Made by a program: the position numbers and the translations under genes
Virus record (IMG/VR): IMGVR_UViG_3300005613_000124
Coordinates: 1 to 43,877 of that record
Length of the DNA stretch: 43,877 bases
Strand: one strand, 5' to 3'
From: a virus
Lineage: Duplodnaviria; Caudoviricetes
The notes under the pieces: model-generated
The model's database searches: none
Seen by the model: only the letters and a program-made list of their open reading frames with translations
Told to the model about the DNA's origin: nothing
Shown: positions 18,375 through 28,100 of the stretch, one piece after another
How the letters are laid out: every line of letters begins with the position of its first letter
Position numbering within the stretch: the stretch's first letter is position 1

Positions 18375-19844
18375 TTACCCCTCGATAAGTTCGTCGAGAA
18401 GCTTATTCAGCTCTTTATCCGCCGACATATCCGGAGGTTCAAAAAGTTCATCGAGAAGTTTATTCATCTCTTCGTCATCATCCTCTTCTTTGGTCTCAGG
18501 AGTTTGAGTCTCCTCGGCCGGCGCCATTTCTTCTTCAACTTTCGAAGTCTTAGCCTCCTCCTCGTCAGGTTCCTCCGTGATTTCCTCGATCTTCTCCTGT
18601 TCCTGATCAAGAGTGGACTCTCCCTCCTCAAGGTCGACCTTAAATGTCTCCTCAATCCATTCCTTCGTCGGGCGGTATCCGACTTTTTCGATCAAAGTTC
18701 CGACATCATTCATCGTAAGCGAAGACTTATCCTCCGTGACAAAGTTTCTTCGAACCGTCGGAGAAACTACGCTCGAGCCAAAGTTAAGGTCGACGATCCA
18801 ACGTACAATAGTCTCGTTTAAGGTTGCGCAGAGAAGCTCCGAAAGCTCCTGCGCACGAATTTGTCTAACATTTTGAGCGACTTCCGACGAAGCCCGAGAT
18901 CCAGCTTCGGCATTTCCTGTTTCGTCTTCGCCCGAGATCAGCATATTGATCTCTTTGATCAACGAATCTCGAAGTTGTGAAAAAGTTTCCGGAGACCCTT
19001 GAGGATTGATAAATTCGAGTGAGTATCCTTCGGGAAGAATGAGGGCGGTCTCTTGAGAGAGATTCGTAAGATGATCGTAAAGGGTATCTATTTCCGATGT
19101 AGTGGCGGAAAGTGGCGCGGTTGCCACAGCCGTTGGATTCGCGAATCGATCACTGTACAGAAGCTGAGACTCGAGCGCTCGGCGCTTGAACTTGACGATC
19201 GGATAGAGAATTCGACCGAGACCGCAACCGTATGGATCTCCGTTCGCCTGAGCCCAATAGCGAAAAACGATGAATTTACGAGCGGGAAGATCTTCCCCTT
19301 CAAAAGTATTTGCGCGGGTCACGAGCTTCATCGTAAAGCCCATGTCGGCATCTTCGCTCTCTTGAAAGAGAAAACGGCGTACGTCTCTCGGTCTCACATC
19401 GTACGCTTTTACACCGCTCTTCGTACGACGCCACATTATTTCCCCGACCGAGAACCCTACGACGTAGGCTTCAAGCATCGCTTTGAAAATTTCGTCTATC
19501 GGAAGTTCGTTTAGTTGACCTTCGACGAACTCTTTTACCGCTATATCTCCTGCGGAATCCGAAGCCGCTTCAATAATTAGATCTCTCGACGTAATTTCCT
19601 GAACAACTTTCTCCCAAGCCGCCTGAACATTCGCGTCAAAGAGAAGCCTTTGATAGATGATGAGAGCGGCGATTCCTCCCTTCTGAAGAAGAAGTTCATC
19701 GTTTGGACGAACGATAACATCACCAGTTCCGGTGTGCATAACACCCGGAAAGTATCCATAAACCGTCTGACGATTATACGGATTTGCGCTGTACTGGGCG
19801 ACTTCTCCCTTGGGAATTGGTGGAATAGAGAACCTTTTTGCCAC
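18375..19844 (-). CDS. Portal protein (Mu gp29/DUF935 family)
   Basis: GFSVGEIMW, KFIVF, PYGCGL, EFI...INMLISGE, GSRASSEV, NE-IV-WIVDLNFG. Confidence 0.85.
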   Translation of the reverse strand: MAKRFSIPPIPKGEVAQYSANPYNRQTVYGYFPGVMHTGTGDVIVRPNDELLLQKGGIAALIIYQRLLFDANVQAAWEKVVQEITSRDLIIEAASDSAGDIAVKEFVEGQLNELPIDEIFKAMLEAYVVGFSVGEIMWRRTKSGVKAYDVRPRDVRRFLFQESEDADMGFTMKLVTRANTFEGEDLPARKFIVFRYWAQANGDPYGCGLGRILYPIVKFKRRALESQLLYSDRFANPTAVATAPLSATTSEIDTLYDHLTNLSQETALILPEGYSLEFINPQGSPETFSQLRDSLIKEINMLISGEDETGNAEAGSRASSEVAQNVRQIRAQELSELLCATLNETIVRWIVDLNFGSSVVSPTVRRNFVTEDKSSLTMNDVGTLIEKVGYRPTKEWIEETFKVDLEEGESTLDQEQEKIEEITEEPDEEEAKTSKVEEEMAPAEETQTPETKEEDDDEEMNKLLDELFEPPDMSADKELNKLLDELIEG

Positions 19845-19845
19845 G

Positions 19846-20199
19846 TCAGACTACCAAAGAAAGTGTAAGCGGTGGTTGGGGATTTCCGGAGATACTGTAT
19901 GAAATAATTACGGAGTAAATTCCTTGCTCCCCCTGAGTCCAACTACCTCTCACGGAAAGATCTTGTATCGAACCCACCTGTTCCGCGATCGCGTTAGAGA
20001 TCTTCGCATCGATCGCCGCGGGTTGTAGTGTCTCAAAGGTCTCATCCGGAAGACCGTAATCCGCTCTCATAATCCTTTCGAAAGGACGAGTCTCTAGCAC
20101 GGAGACGATTCTCTCTTCCACCAATTGAGCGTCGGTAGAAAGATTCAAACCACCCTTTGAAATTTGTAATGGATACGTGAGACCGCGGATTTCTGTCAT
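19846..20199 (-). CDS. Baseplate wedge/sheath initiator (gp25/GPW family)
   Basis: GL-YPL, VL-TRPFERIMRADYG signature. Confidence 0.85.
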   Translation of the reverse strand: MTEIRGLTYPLQISKGGLNLSTDAQLVEERIVSVLETRPFERIMRADYGLPDETFETLQPAAIDAKISNAIAEQVGSIQDLSVRGSWTQGEQGIYSVIISYSISGNPQPPLTLSLVV

Positions 20200-20495
20200 G
20201 AAATTCTATATCGTCTGACGATCTCGGCGTTGATCTTTCTTACGTAGGTATCCCACTCTTTAGGCTTCTCCTTGCCGAGTCTGAGAGCCTCCTCTCGCAA
20301 TTCATTGAGAGCGATGTTGGAATACATTGAAGGGTCCAACAGACCTTTCTCTTTAATTTCGACGTCGTTCTCCATCCCGACAACGAGAAGGGAGGAACAC
20401 AAAGCCCCGAGTGAGATTTTGCGTTCCGCCGCTTTCGCTTTGATTTCGGAATGGAGAGACTCCTCGACGTCAAACGTTAGGCGTTTCTTTGCCAC
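20196..20495 (-). CDS. Ribbon-helix-helix DNA-binding protein
   Basis: KKRLTFDVEESLHSEIKAKAAERKISL RHH pattern. Confidence 0.65.
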   Translation of the reverse strand: MAKKRLTFDVEESLHSEIKAKAAERKISLGALCSSLLVVGMENDVEIKEKGLLDPSMYSNIALNELREEALRLGKEKPKEWDTYVRKINAEIVRRYRIS

Positions 20496-20516
20496 GGAAG
20501 TCTCTCCTTGTGATTA

Positions 20517-23500
20517 TCAGTTTAGACCCTGCTGAGAAAGAGCGTCGGGAATGCCGCCGATACCGACGCGGACAAGATCCACTTCGATACGCTCCAGTGT
20601 GGGTGCGGGAACCACAAACACCTTCACGTTGACGTAACCGTTCTCCAGAGCACCGCCGAGGTTGTTCCGCTCGTCGCAGACGACCTCGAAGGCTTGCGCG
20701 GGAGTGGAGCCGAACAGAGCACCAGGTACGTAGAAGTTCTCGTACAGGGTGTTGTGGGCGATCGCGCGGATCTGGTTGAAGGTGACGGCCCGACCGTCGA
20801 TGATGCTGAAGATCTGACCGTCGAATGCGGAGAGCAGGCTTCCGTAGATGACGTTCAGGATCACGCGGGTGTTCACGAAGGCGTACAGGGCCTGGGTGGC
20901 GTTTCCGCGGTTCACACGAGTGCGGGAACCCCAGACGAACACAGGTCCGAACACCTCTCCGGTGTCCGCGTCGACGGTGCTGTAGCCGGGCAGCTGACGC
21001 AGAGCGTTGAGACCCTGCGGGTTGCTGACCTCTTGCTGAGCGGTCGTGATCTGGATCTCCACGCCGCGAGCACCTGCCAAGCTGTACTTGGCGCCGGCGG
21101 GAGGCAGCTTGAATCCAGAAGCCTCGTCGCGGTAACGGCGGAGGGCAAGACCGGTGACGTAGGAAGTCGGTTGGATGAAGATACCAACGTCGTTCTTGAC
21201 GTACGGGGCGTAGTAGGCCAGGAAACCCTGCGTGGTCGAGTAGGACAGGGCCTCCTCAAACAGGCGGTTGTGGCTGTCCATGCCCTTCTCGATGAAGCGC
21301 ACCTGGGGAACGCCGCCGTTGTTGACACCGCGGAGAGCCTCGTTGATAAGATCGCCAGCGGTGACAGCCAGGAAGTTCCACAGGTTGTTAGGAACGTCGG
21401 CCTCGGGCTCGAGCAGCTCAGCGGTTACGAACGCGCCGTAGAGCGTGTCGTAGTTCTGGCCAGTCTGCAGCACGTAGTGGATGAAGATGTCATCGATCGA
21501 CGTGTTGGCTTGCTCGCCGGTGCTCAGGGGCACGCAGACGAAGTTGTTCTCGCCAGCGAAGTCGGCAGCGGCGTTCAGGGGAACGGCGATGTCGTCCTCG
21601 GTGTACTGGAAGGTGTAGGGGTTGGAGATGGAGGTCACGAAGAACTCCACGCCAGCTCCGTTGTCCACACCAGCGTTGGCGATGGGAACTGCAGTACCGG
21701 CGACGGCGTCAGCGGCGGTGAGAGCAAACGAGATGGTGTTGGGGTCAACCACGATCACGTAGTAGACTGCACCGTCCTCGAGTCCGCTGGCCAGCGTAGC
21801 GCCGGTGGCAGCGTTCACCGACACCTGGTCACCAGTAAGGTAGCCGTGGGAGGAGATAGTAAACTCGTCGGCGGCGAAGGTCACATCAGCGGCAGCAACC
21901 TCGAACACGGGCACGCCCACTGGGGTGTCACCGTAGGAGAGGCGGATGTCGGTGCTGATGTCGGCGGTGTAGGCGACACCATAGGGGTCGTTCACGCCGG
22001 TTTGGATGGCCACGTTAGCTTCGTCGCGCACACCGGCAACTGCCAGGGTCACGTCGAGCTGGTACTTACGGCCGCGGATGTAGCGCAGGATGCCTGCATC
22101 GCTGAACTCACCGCCGTCGAGAGCTACGCTCAGGCGCTTGTAGTAGCGAACCGGAGTAGCTGTGGTGATGACGCTGGTCGGGTAATCCGCGAAGGCCTCG
22201 GAGGCGAGGTCGGACGAGGAGCGAGCCAGACGGAACAGGTTGCGGTCGACCTTCTCGGCGAAGTAGATGTCCGAAGAGGTTGCCGTGGTTCCCTCGAAGA
22301 TGGTCTCGGTGGCGGTGGCGATGTCGCCGTCGAAGTACAGGCGGTCAGCGGTCTGAACGATGTGCTCGGCGGAGAAGATCATCGCGTCGCGGCCAGTCAT
22401 GATCACCGACTGGGCAAAGGCTCCAGCGGGATTCCGAACGGTGGTCGAGTCGGTACCTGCGCCAGGCAGGAGGATCTCAGTGCCGGACAGAGCGTTGGAA
22501 AGCGAGAGCGCGAGTTGGATGGTATTGTCATCCACCTTGATCACGAAGTACGAGGTACCCGTGGTCAGGTTGGTCGGGCTAGCCGCGCCGTCGGAAGGCA
22601 GCAGGTAGTAGTTGATCTCGTCACCGGTCGCATAGCCGTGACCGATCAGCGTGATCTCGTTGCTGACGATGTCCACATCAGCGGAGCTGAAGTAGCGCAG
22701 GGTCAGACCACCACTGAAGATGGCGCTCGAGGGGTCGGTGATCTGGCGAACCACACCCTTGAAGTCGTGCTGGGCGGTAGGCTTCTGGAGCGTACCAGGC
22801 AGGTGCAGGGTGTTGAACGATACGTCGTCGGGGCCGCCGTTGGCCTCGACCAGGCTGCTGGTCTTGCCCTTGATCTCCACCGTGAACTCCCACGCGGGGT
22901 CAGAGTAGGTGAAGAGCAGGAGGCCGCCACCCTGAGGAGTACCAGCCGTGGTCAGGTCGATTGGCTGATCGGCAGAAGCACGAGCCTTTGACGTGGCCAG
23001 CTTGATCTCGTTAGTATCAAGCGTGTTGTCGATGTCGCGGGCAATGACGTAGAACGAACCGGAGTCCAGAGGCTCGTTGGTGATCCCGGACGGTACGTCG
23101 GTGTACAGAGGTGGAGTCGGGAGCGGAGTGTTCTGGAACAGCGAAACGGTCACCAGAGTACCGGATGGCAGCGCATCCACGTCCCACTCGTCGGCCAGGG
23201 TGATCACGTCGGTCGCGGTGGTCACAGCGACGTCGGCGCGAACCTTCTGGTCATCCTTCATCGCGTAGCGGATGCCGTCTGCGATCACGGAGTTAGCGCT
23301 AGCAGCGGCACTCGCGGGGTCGTAGTTGGCTTGCGTGAAGTTCAGAGGAGTGGTGTCGGTCCACTCGTAGATGACGTTGTCGACGAGGTAGAGCTCGCCG
23401 GGCTCGAAGCCGTTGGAGGGGTTGTGATCCTCGAAGTCCTTGTAGGTCTGGATGTCGGTCACGAAGAACGGACCGCAGTCAACCAGGGCCATCCACTTGT

Positions 23501-24416
23501 GGTTGGCGTCGGAGCAGACTTCCTCCATGGTCTGACCCAGATTCACCCGGTCGGACTTACCGAACTTACGGAAAGCCGGAGGGGCGATCATGTAGCCCTG
23601 GGGCAGGTTGGTGCCGTCGAACGCGGTGCGGACAGTCTGCACGTAGTCGGCGACGGTCTCCTCGCTCTCCTCCACGTTGGCGATGGCGTAGCCAGCAGCG
23701 GAGAGGATGAACTGGGCTCCGGTGATGGAGTTCGAGTTCACGACCTCCACGGGGGAGTTGAACACGCGGCCGGTCAGGTGCAGGAAGGCTTGAGCTCCGC
23801 TCTCGCCGGTCTTGCGGATGTAGGCACCGGCGCTGATGTCGCGGTTGGCCTCGATCGCGTCAACCACCGCGTCGCGCATGGCCTCGGAGATCTTGAGGTT
23901 GTTGCCGTCATCGCCAGCAACGTAGTCCACGGGGGACGTCACCTTCACACCGAGCCAAGCACCGGCGGAGTTCACGGAGCCGAGCTGGATGCCGTTGATC
24001 TCCAGCTTCACGTAGAACTCATCGCCCTTCTGGATCTTAGCGGGGGCGACCACACCGTTGTCGATGTTGGCGGTACCGTCAAAGGCCACGCCAACGATGA
24101 GGGAGGGAACGCCAACGCGGGTCACGCGAAGGTCGCCAACTCCACACTGCTGGAAGAAAGCCTTCACAGCGTAGTACGAATCGAGCTCTGCACCGCTGGT
24201 GGGCAGTTCGCCGATCAGGTTCTCGTACTCGTTCAGGCTCGAGCAGAAGATCGGGCGGTTGAACGGGAAGGTCGCCACAGACGCAGTCTGAGGAGCCTCA
24301 ACCAACATGTAGACAGTGTTGAAGCTAGCGACCGAAGCACGAGAGGCAATAGCCGACTCGTAGATGAATGTACCCGGAGCGCCGCCGCGGGCGCCTCCAA
24401 GCGAAATAGTTCCCAT
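20517..24416 (-). CDS. Tail sheath protein, 1299 aa, with inserted domains
   Basis: N-terminal APGTFIYE; C-terminal YYAPYV, PPAG, GLNALR, VWGSRT, FVNTR, AFEVVCDERNN, LERI; SD AAGGAG. Confidence 0.9.
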   Translation of the reverse strand: MGTISLGGARGGAPGTFIYESAIASRASVASFNTVYMLVEAPQTASVATFPFNRPIFCSSLNEYENLIGELPTSGAELDSYYAVKAFFQQCGVGDLRVTRVGVPSLIVGVAFDGTANIDNGVVAPAKIQKGDEFYVKLEINGIQLGSVNSAGAWLGVKVTSPVDYVAGDDGNNLKISEAMRDAVVDAIEANRDISAGAYIRKTGESGAQAFLHLTGRVFNSPVEVVNSNSITGAQFILSAAGYAIANVEESEETVADYVQTVRTAFDGTNLPQGYMIAPPAFRKFGKSDRVNLGQTMEEVCSDANHKWMALVDCGPFFVTDIQTYKDFEDHNPSNGFEPGELYLVDNVIYEWTDTTPLNFTQANYDPASAAASANSVIADGIRYAMKDDQKVRADVAVTTATDVITLADEWDVDALPSGTLVTVSLFQNTPLPTPPLYTDVPSGITNEPLDSGSFYVIARDIDNTLDTNEIKLATSKARASADQPIDLTTAGTPQGGGLLLFTYSDPAWEFTVEIKGKTSSLVEANGGPDDVSFNTLHLPGTLQKPTAQHDFKGVVRQITDPSSAIFSGGLTLRYFSSADVDIVSNEITLIGHGYATGDEINYYLLPSDGAASPTNLTTGTSYFVIKVDDNTIQLALSLSNALSGTEILLPGAGTDSTTVRNPAGAFAQSVIMTGRDAMIFSAEHIVQTADRLYFDGDIATATETIFEGTTATSSDIYFAEKVDRNLFRLARSSSDLASEAFADYPTSVITTATPVRYYKRLSVALDGGEFSDAGILRYIRGRKYQLDVTLAVAGVRDEANVAIQTGVNDPYGVAYTADISTDIRLSYGDTPVGVPVFEVAAADVTFAADEFTISSHGYLTGDQVSVNAATGATLASGLEDGAVYYVIVVDPNTISFALTAADAVAGTAVPIANAGVDNGAGVEFFVTSISNPYTFQYTEDDIAVPLNAAADFAGENNFVCVPLSTGEQANTSIDDIFIHYVLQTGQNYDTLYGAFVTAELLEPEADVPNNLWNFLAVTAGDLINEALRGVNNGGVPQVRFIEKGMDSHNRLFEEALSYSTTQGFLAYYAPYVKNDVGIFIQPTSYVTGLALRRYRDEASGFKLPPAGAKYSLAGARGVEIQITTAQQEVSNPQGLNALRQLPGYSTVDADTGEVFGPVFVWGSRTRVNRGNATQALYAFVNTRVILNVIYGSLLSAFDGQIFSIIDGRAVTFNQIRAIAHNTLYENFYVPGALFGSTPAQAFEVVCDERNNLGGALENGYVNVKVFVVPAPTLERIEVDLVRVGIGGIPDALSQQGLN

Positions 24417-24493
24417 TAGAGTTTAACTCCTTCTTTGATGTTGAGAGAGCTGAGGGCTTCGGACAGTCCCACCGTGGTCCCCGCAGGGGTCTC

Positions 24494-24931
24494 TCAACCA
24501 CGCTGGGTATCGGAGGATGCTTGGGGAGAATCCAGACCGTACCCGTTGATTCTATCCCGCTTGAGAATGGCGTAAGCCGTGTACTCCGACAGTCTTTCTG
24601 TGAAGTTGTCGAGAGTATCCCAAGGGAAGATGGCGCTCGCGATGTCCACTTTTTCCGGGTTCGCGTCGGCGGTCGGGTTGAAGTTGATCGCCGTATCGAG
24701 TTGATTTAGAGTTCCGGGGGACCCGGACGGAGCGCTCAGTGAAGAATTTACCCTCTCTTCTCCGTTCGGTCCGGTGGTGAAGATAGGTACGCCTATCGCA
24801 GGTTTTGAACGAATGTCAAAACTTTCGTTGAAACTTAAGATATCTCGAAAGTTTCGGGAATCTCCAGTGTAGGCGTAAGCTAATTTGTTCCAAGAGTCTC
24901 CTTGACTCCAAGTGCGAGTTTTTCCGGGCAT
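24494..24931 (-). CDS. LysM/tail X-like baseplate protein
   Basis: Start moved to ATG 24931 (TAATG overlap); QGDSWNKLAYAYTGD...ILSFN LysM/gpX pattern. Confidence 0.65.
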   Translation of the reverse strand: MPGKTRTWSQGDSWNKLAYAYTGDSRNFRDILSFNESFDIRSKPAIGVPIFTTGPNGEERVNSSLSAPSGSPGTLNQLDTAINFNPTADANPEKVDIASAIFPWDTLDNFTERLSEYTAYAILKRDRINGYGLDSPQASSDTQRG

Positions 24932-25353
24932 TAGACTCGAATGTAACGACTTTTGGAAATAGCTTTGGCTACGATCGAACTCATCTCCAAAGTAGAAGAT
25001 GCGGGAACACCCAACCACGGCCGGGCTGGCATTCTTCCTTTTCCGGTCATGTGATCAATGCCGTAATCCGCTTTTGTAGTCGCGGAAAATAGACCTACTC
25101 CGGAGCCTGGTCGAATTCTTGCGCTATTCAACATCGTTCCCGATAATCTGAGAATCGGTAGTCCGGGCTGAATACTTTCTTTCCAACTCTTATATCTCGG
25201 AGAAAGAGGAGCCCACTTTTCACCGGTTTGCGGATCCTGTTCTTTTAGCCAAGACAGCTGATTATCTTCTTGAAGTGTTTTAGCGAGTTGACCTTTTGAA
25301 TCGTCCCACCATTTCTCATTGAACTGTGGAACGGAAGCCTTGATTTTAATCAT
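24931..25353 (-). CDS. Virion morphogenesis/tail completion protein (Mu gpG, P2 gpS-like)
   Basis: DPQTGEKWAPLSPRY, LRLSGTM, MPARPWLG. Confidence 0.8.
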   Translation of the reverse strand: MIKIKASVPQFNEKWWDDSKGQLAKTLQEDNQLSWLKEQDPQTGEKWAPLSPRYKSWKESIQPGLPILRLSGTMLNSARIRPGSGVGLFSATTKADYGIDHMTGKGRMPARPWLGVPASSTLEMSSIVAKAISKSRYIRV

Positions 25354-25760
25354 TTACGCTTTCTCGCGGCTCGCTTAGACTCCTCATTTTGTTTGCTGAT
25401 AAAATCGGATTGGATTTTTGCCATCAACAAAATTTTCGAGACAGGCTGATTTTCAAGCCATTCGATTGATGAATCCCAACGTTGTTTACAAAGGCAGAAT
25501 GCCAACTCTAGCCACTGGTCAACTTTCATCACTTTGTCGTTTAACAACTCCGGGCCCATCCAATCGGAGATTGGTTTGACGTAACGGGCCGGTAGATGAT
25601 TTAGATCTTCGTCGTTTAACCCAGCGAGTCTTTGAATAAGAAGAATTGAAAGAAGATTTTGTGTGATGTCGGGATAATCGTTATTGATAAGACTAAAGAA
25701 ATAGTAGTCTTTCGGCATTAACTCCCTGAACCACAAAATGAGATGACCCGCGAGAGTCAC
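25350..25760 (-). CDS. Tail assembly chaperone, frameshift-extension (T) segment
   Basis: Reached in frame from the upstream ORF by a -1 shift at C CCA AAC. Confidence 0.65.
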   Translation of the reverse strand: MTLAGHLILWFRELMPKDYYFFSLINNDYPDITQNLLSILLIQRLAGLNDEDLNHLPARYVKPISDWMGPELLNDKVMKVDQWLELAFCLCKQRWDSSIEWLENQPVSKILLMAKIQSDFISKQNEESKRAARKRK

Positions 25761-25792
25761 ATCATATGTGAAATCCTCGTTAGACGTGGCTT

Positions 25793-26167
25793 TTAGAAGT
25801 TTGGGTCTTCTTCTACCTCTTCCTCGTCGGTTCCACCGGCTTTCGCCAGCAATTCTGTGACTTTCTTCAGATCTTTCATTTTTAGTTTTGAAAGCTCGTC
25901 GAAAGTAATCTGACCGTTATTTGTGGAAAGTCTCGATACGAGACGAAGAGACCTTTCCATATCACCGACTTTCGATAGAGACTTCTCCATGTAGAGAAGA
26001 TCGGCGGCGGTCATCTCTCGAAGTACAACTTCGCGTCCGTCGGATAATTCCGTAAAGTATGTTTCTTCGGCTGTGGAGATCGAATCGGCCGTTTGCTTAG
26101 CCCCATAAGCGAGTTCCTCAGGACTCTTTCGCACAACACGAACGCCTGGCTTTTTTCCTTCTTCCAT
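25793..26167 (-). CDS. Tail assembly chaperone (G segment)
   Basis: LSDGREVVLREMTAADLL...LKMKDL chaperone pattern; slippery heptamer just before the stop. Confidence 0.7.
   Translation of the reverse strand: MEEGKKPGVRVVRKSPEELAYGAKQTADSISTAEETYFTELSDGREVVLREMTAADLLYMEKSLSKVGDMERSLRLVSRLSTNNGQITFDELSKLKMKDLKKVTELLAKAGGTDEEEVEEDPNF
25799..25805 (-). other. -1 programmed frameshift site C CCA AAC
   Basis: X XXY YYZ heptamer in the correct frame; -1 frame is open into 25760-25350. Confidence 0.7.
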
Positions 26168-26213
26168 TGGTTAGAATTTGTAGCCTTATGGTAATTTTTT
26201 ACCCATCGACGAA

Positions 26214-27104
26214 TCAGTTTACGTTGATTCTAATAGCCGGGTGAGGATTATAGTTTTCGAGAACGAAAGAGTTCTCGGAGAGATTAGCCAACGTTTTATT
26301 CTTGAGCCAATCATCCGACATTGTCATTCTGCACTCATCCTCCCAAGATCGTTGGAGCATCTGTGCAACTAGATGATAGCAATTTTCGTAGATATGCGAA
26401 TTCGCGCTGGGCATGTAAACAAATCGGGCTTTTCGTTGTGTTAGTTGAGCCACGACTTCGAGCATTATCGAGTAGCGCGCGATATCGAGAGGAAAGCCAA
26501 CGACCATATCATTCGACCGAGCGGGAACCATCAGGTCGAGCATTCCGTCGCGTGCTGGCATAAATTGCATTGCCAAATGGCACGGAGGACACCCTGGATC
26601 GATCGCTGTGGGATTGTGAGTGATTATCGTCGCCTGACGAGTGTTTGGTTGAAGATTGAGATTTGTGATTACATTGCCGAGTTGATCGACCGCTTTTTCG
26701 GTCTGCAATGTCTCGTTGGGCACCTCGACACCGGCGGCGGATTGAGGCCACTGACGCCACTGTCGACAGTACGCGGAAGCTCCGAGCTCTCCATTCTCAT
26801 CGGCGAGAAAATCCCAAAAGTGTTTGGCGGGACCGAGGGCACTCACATTCGTATCGAACCCGATGTCGAACAGAAATTCCCGACAGATATTCTTCCAAGG
26901 AAGTTTACGAAGTCGGGTGAGAGGAAAGCCGGAGCGTAAATCGACTCGAACAGAACAACCGAAAGCCGCGCGAGTCTCACCATTTCGACCTTCGAAAATA
27001 TCTCCCGCTTCCATCAAAGCACGAAGATAATTGGCGTAGATCCTGTCCCAATTTTCGGAGATGATCGATTTGCCGTTGAAAGAAAGAGAGTGACCGATGT
27101 TCAT
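26214..27104 (-). CDS. Thymidylate-synthase-family enzyme, probable dCMP methylase or hydroxymethylase
   Basis: PPCH (C175), RSND (196-199), SHIY; Asp207 occupies the position of E. coli ThyA Asn177. Confidence 0.8.
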   Translation of the reverse strand: MNIGHSLSFNGKSIISENWDRIYANYLRALMEAGDIFEGRNGETRAAFGCSVRVDLRSGFPLTRLRKLPWKNICREFLFDIGFDTNVSALGPAKHFWDFLADENGELGASAYCRQWRQWPQSAAGVEVPNETLQTEKAVDQLGNVITNLNLQPNTRQATIITHNPTAIDPGCPPCHLAMQFMPARDGMLDLMVPARSNDMVVGFPLDIARYSIMLEVVAQLTQRKARFVYMPSANSHIYENCYHLVAQMLQRSWEDECRMTMSDDWLKNKTLANLSENSFVLENYNPHPAIRINVN

Positions 27105-27313
27105 GAGAAGATTCGTTTGGAGGTTTCCTGATAGTATTGTTCGAAATCCGGATCGGAGTATCCTGGTGGAAGTTTTATGTACATCGACGCCGCCGTACGA
27201 AGACTTTCCTGTGCCATCGCTCGCATTCCCATGTCGTAACGATCATTGGCGTCATCGACCCAATCGCGGGCATAAATTAAGAGGGCTTCCGCGTCTTGAC
27301 GATGTGGAATCAT
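27101..27313 (-). CDS. Hypothetical protein, 70 aa, coupled between kinase and synthase
   Basis: TGATG overlap at its start and ATGA overlap at its end. Confidence 0.65.
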   Translation of the reverse strand: MIPHRQDAEALLIYARDWVDDANDRYDMGMRAMAQESLRTAASMYIKLPPGYSDPDFEQYYQETSKRIFS

Positions 27314-27885
27314 CAGCAACTTACCAGAGCTTTTTTGCAATTTGTGAAGACACTCGCGGGATTCGGATCTTCCACATTGTGGAGTTGAGTGTTCGGAAAC
27401 ATCGTGATGTTCTCGTAAAAATTGAGAAGTTGTTCCGTGTAGATTTGATGTTCCTGCATCCGAGAAATATACTCATCACGAATTCTCCATAGAGCGGCTC
27501 CGGGCATCTCCTTTTTCACTTCCTCAATGTGAAGCGGAGCGGACCAGGACCACGGACGAAATACACCGAGATGAACAACCGCGGGAACGCTTTCAGCGAT
27601 CTCGATTTCGAGGTCAATAACATCCTCGAAGTGGCCGGCGTTATGACGACGATGTTGTTCTAAAATGTAGGAGCAAGGATATGCCCTGTCGAAGATAGCG
27701 TACTGTTTACCACTGGCTTTCCAATCGGTGATATCCTCCCGATAAAAGTCAAAGATATTTTCCTGATCGGAAGGTGGCGGACCGTGGTGTGCGACGTAAG
27801 TGTTGTTCTCACCCAAATACTTTTCAAGCGAAGAGATAAGAGTGGACTTACCGACCCTATCGGGCCCGGAGACGATGATCAGCAT
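27313..27885 (-). CDS. Deoxynucleoside monophosphate (thymidylate-like) kinase
   Basis: P-loop GPDRVGKST, IFDR motif; start moved to the second ATG because the first abuts the -10 box. Confidence 0.75.
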   Translation of the reverse strand: MLIIVSGPDRVGKSTLISSLEKYLGENNTYVAHHGPPPSDQENIFDFYREDITDWKASGKQYAIFDRAYPCSYILEQHRRHNAGHFEDVIDLEIEIAESVPAVVHLGVFRPWSWSAPLHIEEVKKEMPGAALWRIRDEYISRMQEHQIYTEQLLNFYENITMFPNTQLHNVEDPNPASVFTNCKKALVSC

Positions 27886-27906
27886 AGTTGATTGATTTGT
27901 ATTCAT

Positions 27907-27935
27907 ATTATACGAAGGACGGACTATCGTGTAAA
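27907..27935 (-). promoter_or_regulatory. Sigma70-type promoter for the kinase-synthase operon
   Basis: TTTACA-N17-TATAAT. Confidence 0.7.
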
Positions 27936-28100
27936 GACGAACAGGTCAATTTGGCGACTGTCATGATATTCGAGATTGAGAATGATATCCACCGAACTTC
28001 TCATTTTGCGTTCTTTTCGATCGTAGAACTCCATCGTCGCGTAAGGACGATTTTTAGAGAGTGGAACAAGTGTGTAAAAACAGGCTTTCTTTTTGCTCAT
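27924..28100 (-). CDS. Hypothetical protein, 58 aa (below track cutoff)
   Basis: MSKKKACFYTLVPL...DLFVFTR; ATGA overlap with upstream ORF. Confidence 0.5.
   Translation of the reverse strand: MSKKKACFYTLVPLSKNRPYATMEFYDRKERKMRSSVDIILNLEYHDSRQIDLFVFTR

Noticed and set aside
20694-24419. Long plus-strand ORFs (765 aa and 362 aa)
   Set aside because: Antisense shadows of the GC3-biased sheath gene with no recognisable motifs. The same applies to 12702-13802, 16330-17241 and 37976-38896.
24420-24494. Riboswitch in the sheath gene leader
   Set aside because: Stems are possible (TTGAGAGA/TCTCTCAA) but no known consensus is recognisable and there is no second copy for comparison.
26214-27104. Ordinary thyA
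   Set aside because: The uracil-specifying Asn is Asp and the QRS and RR motifs are altered, so no symbol was assigned; dUMP activity is not formally excluded.
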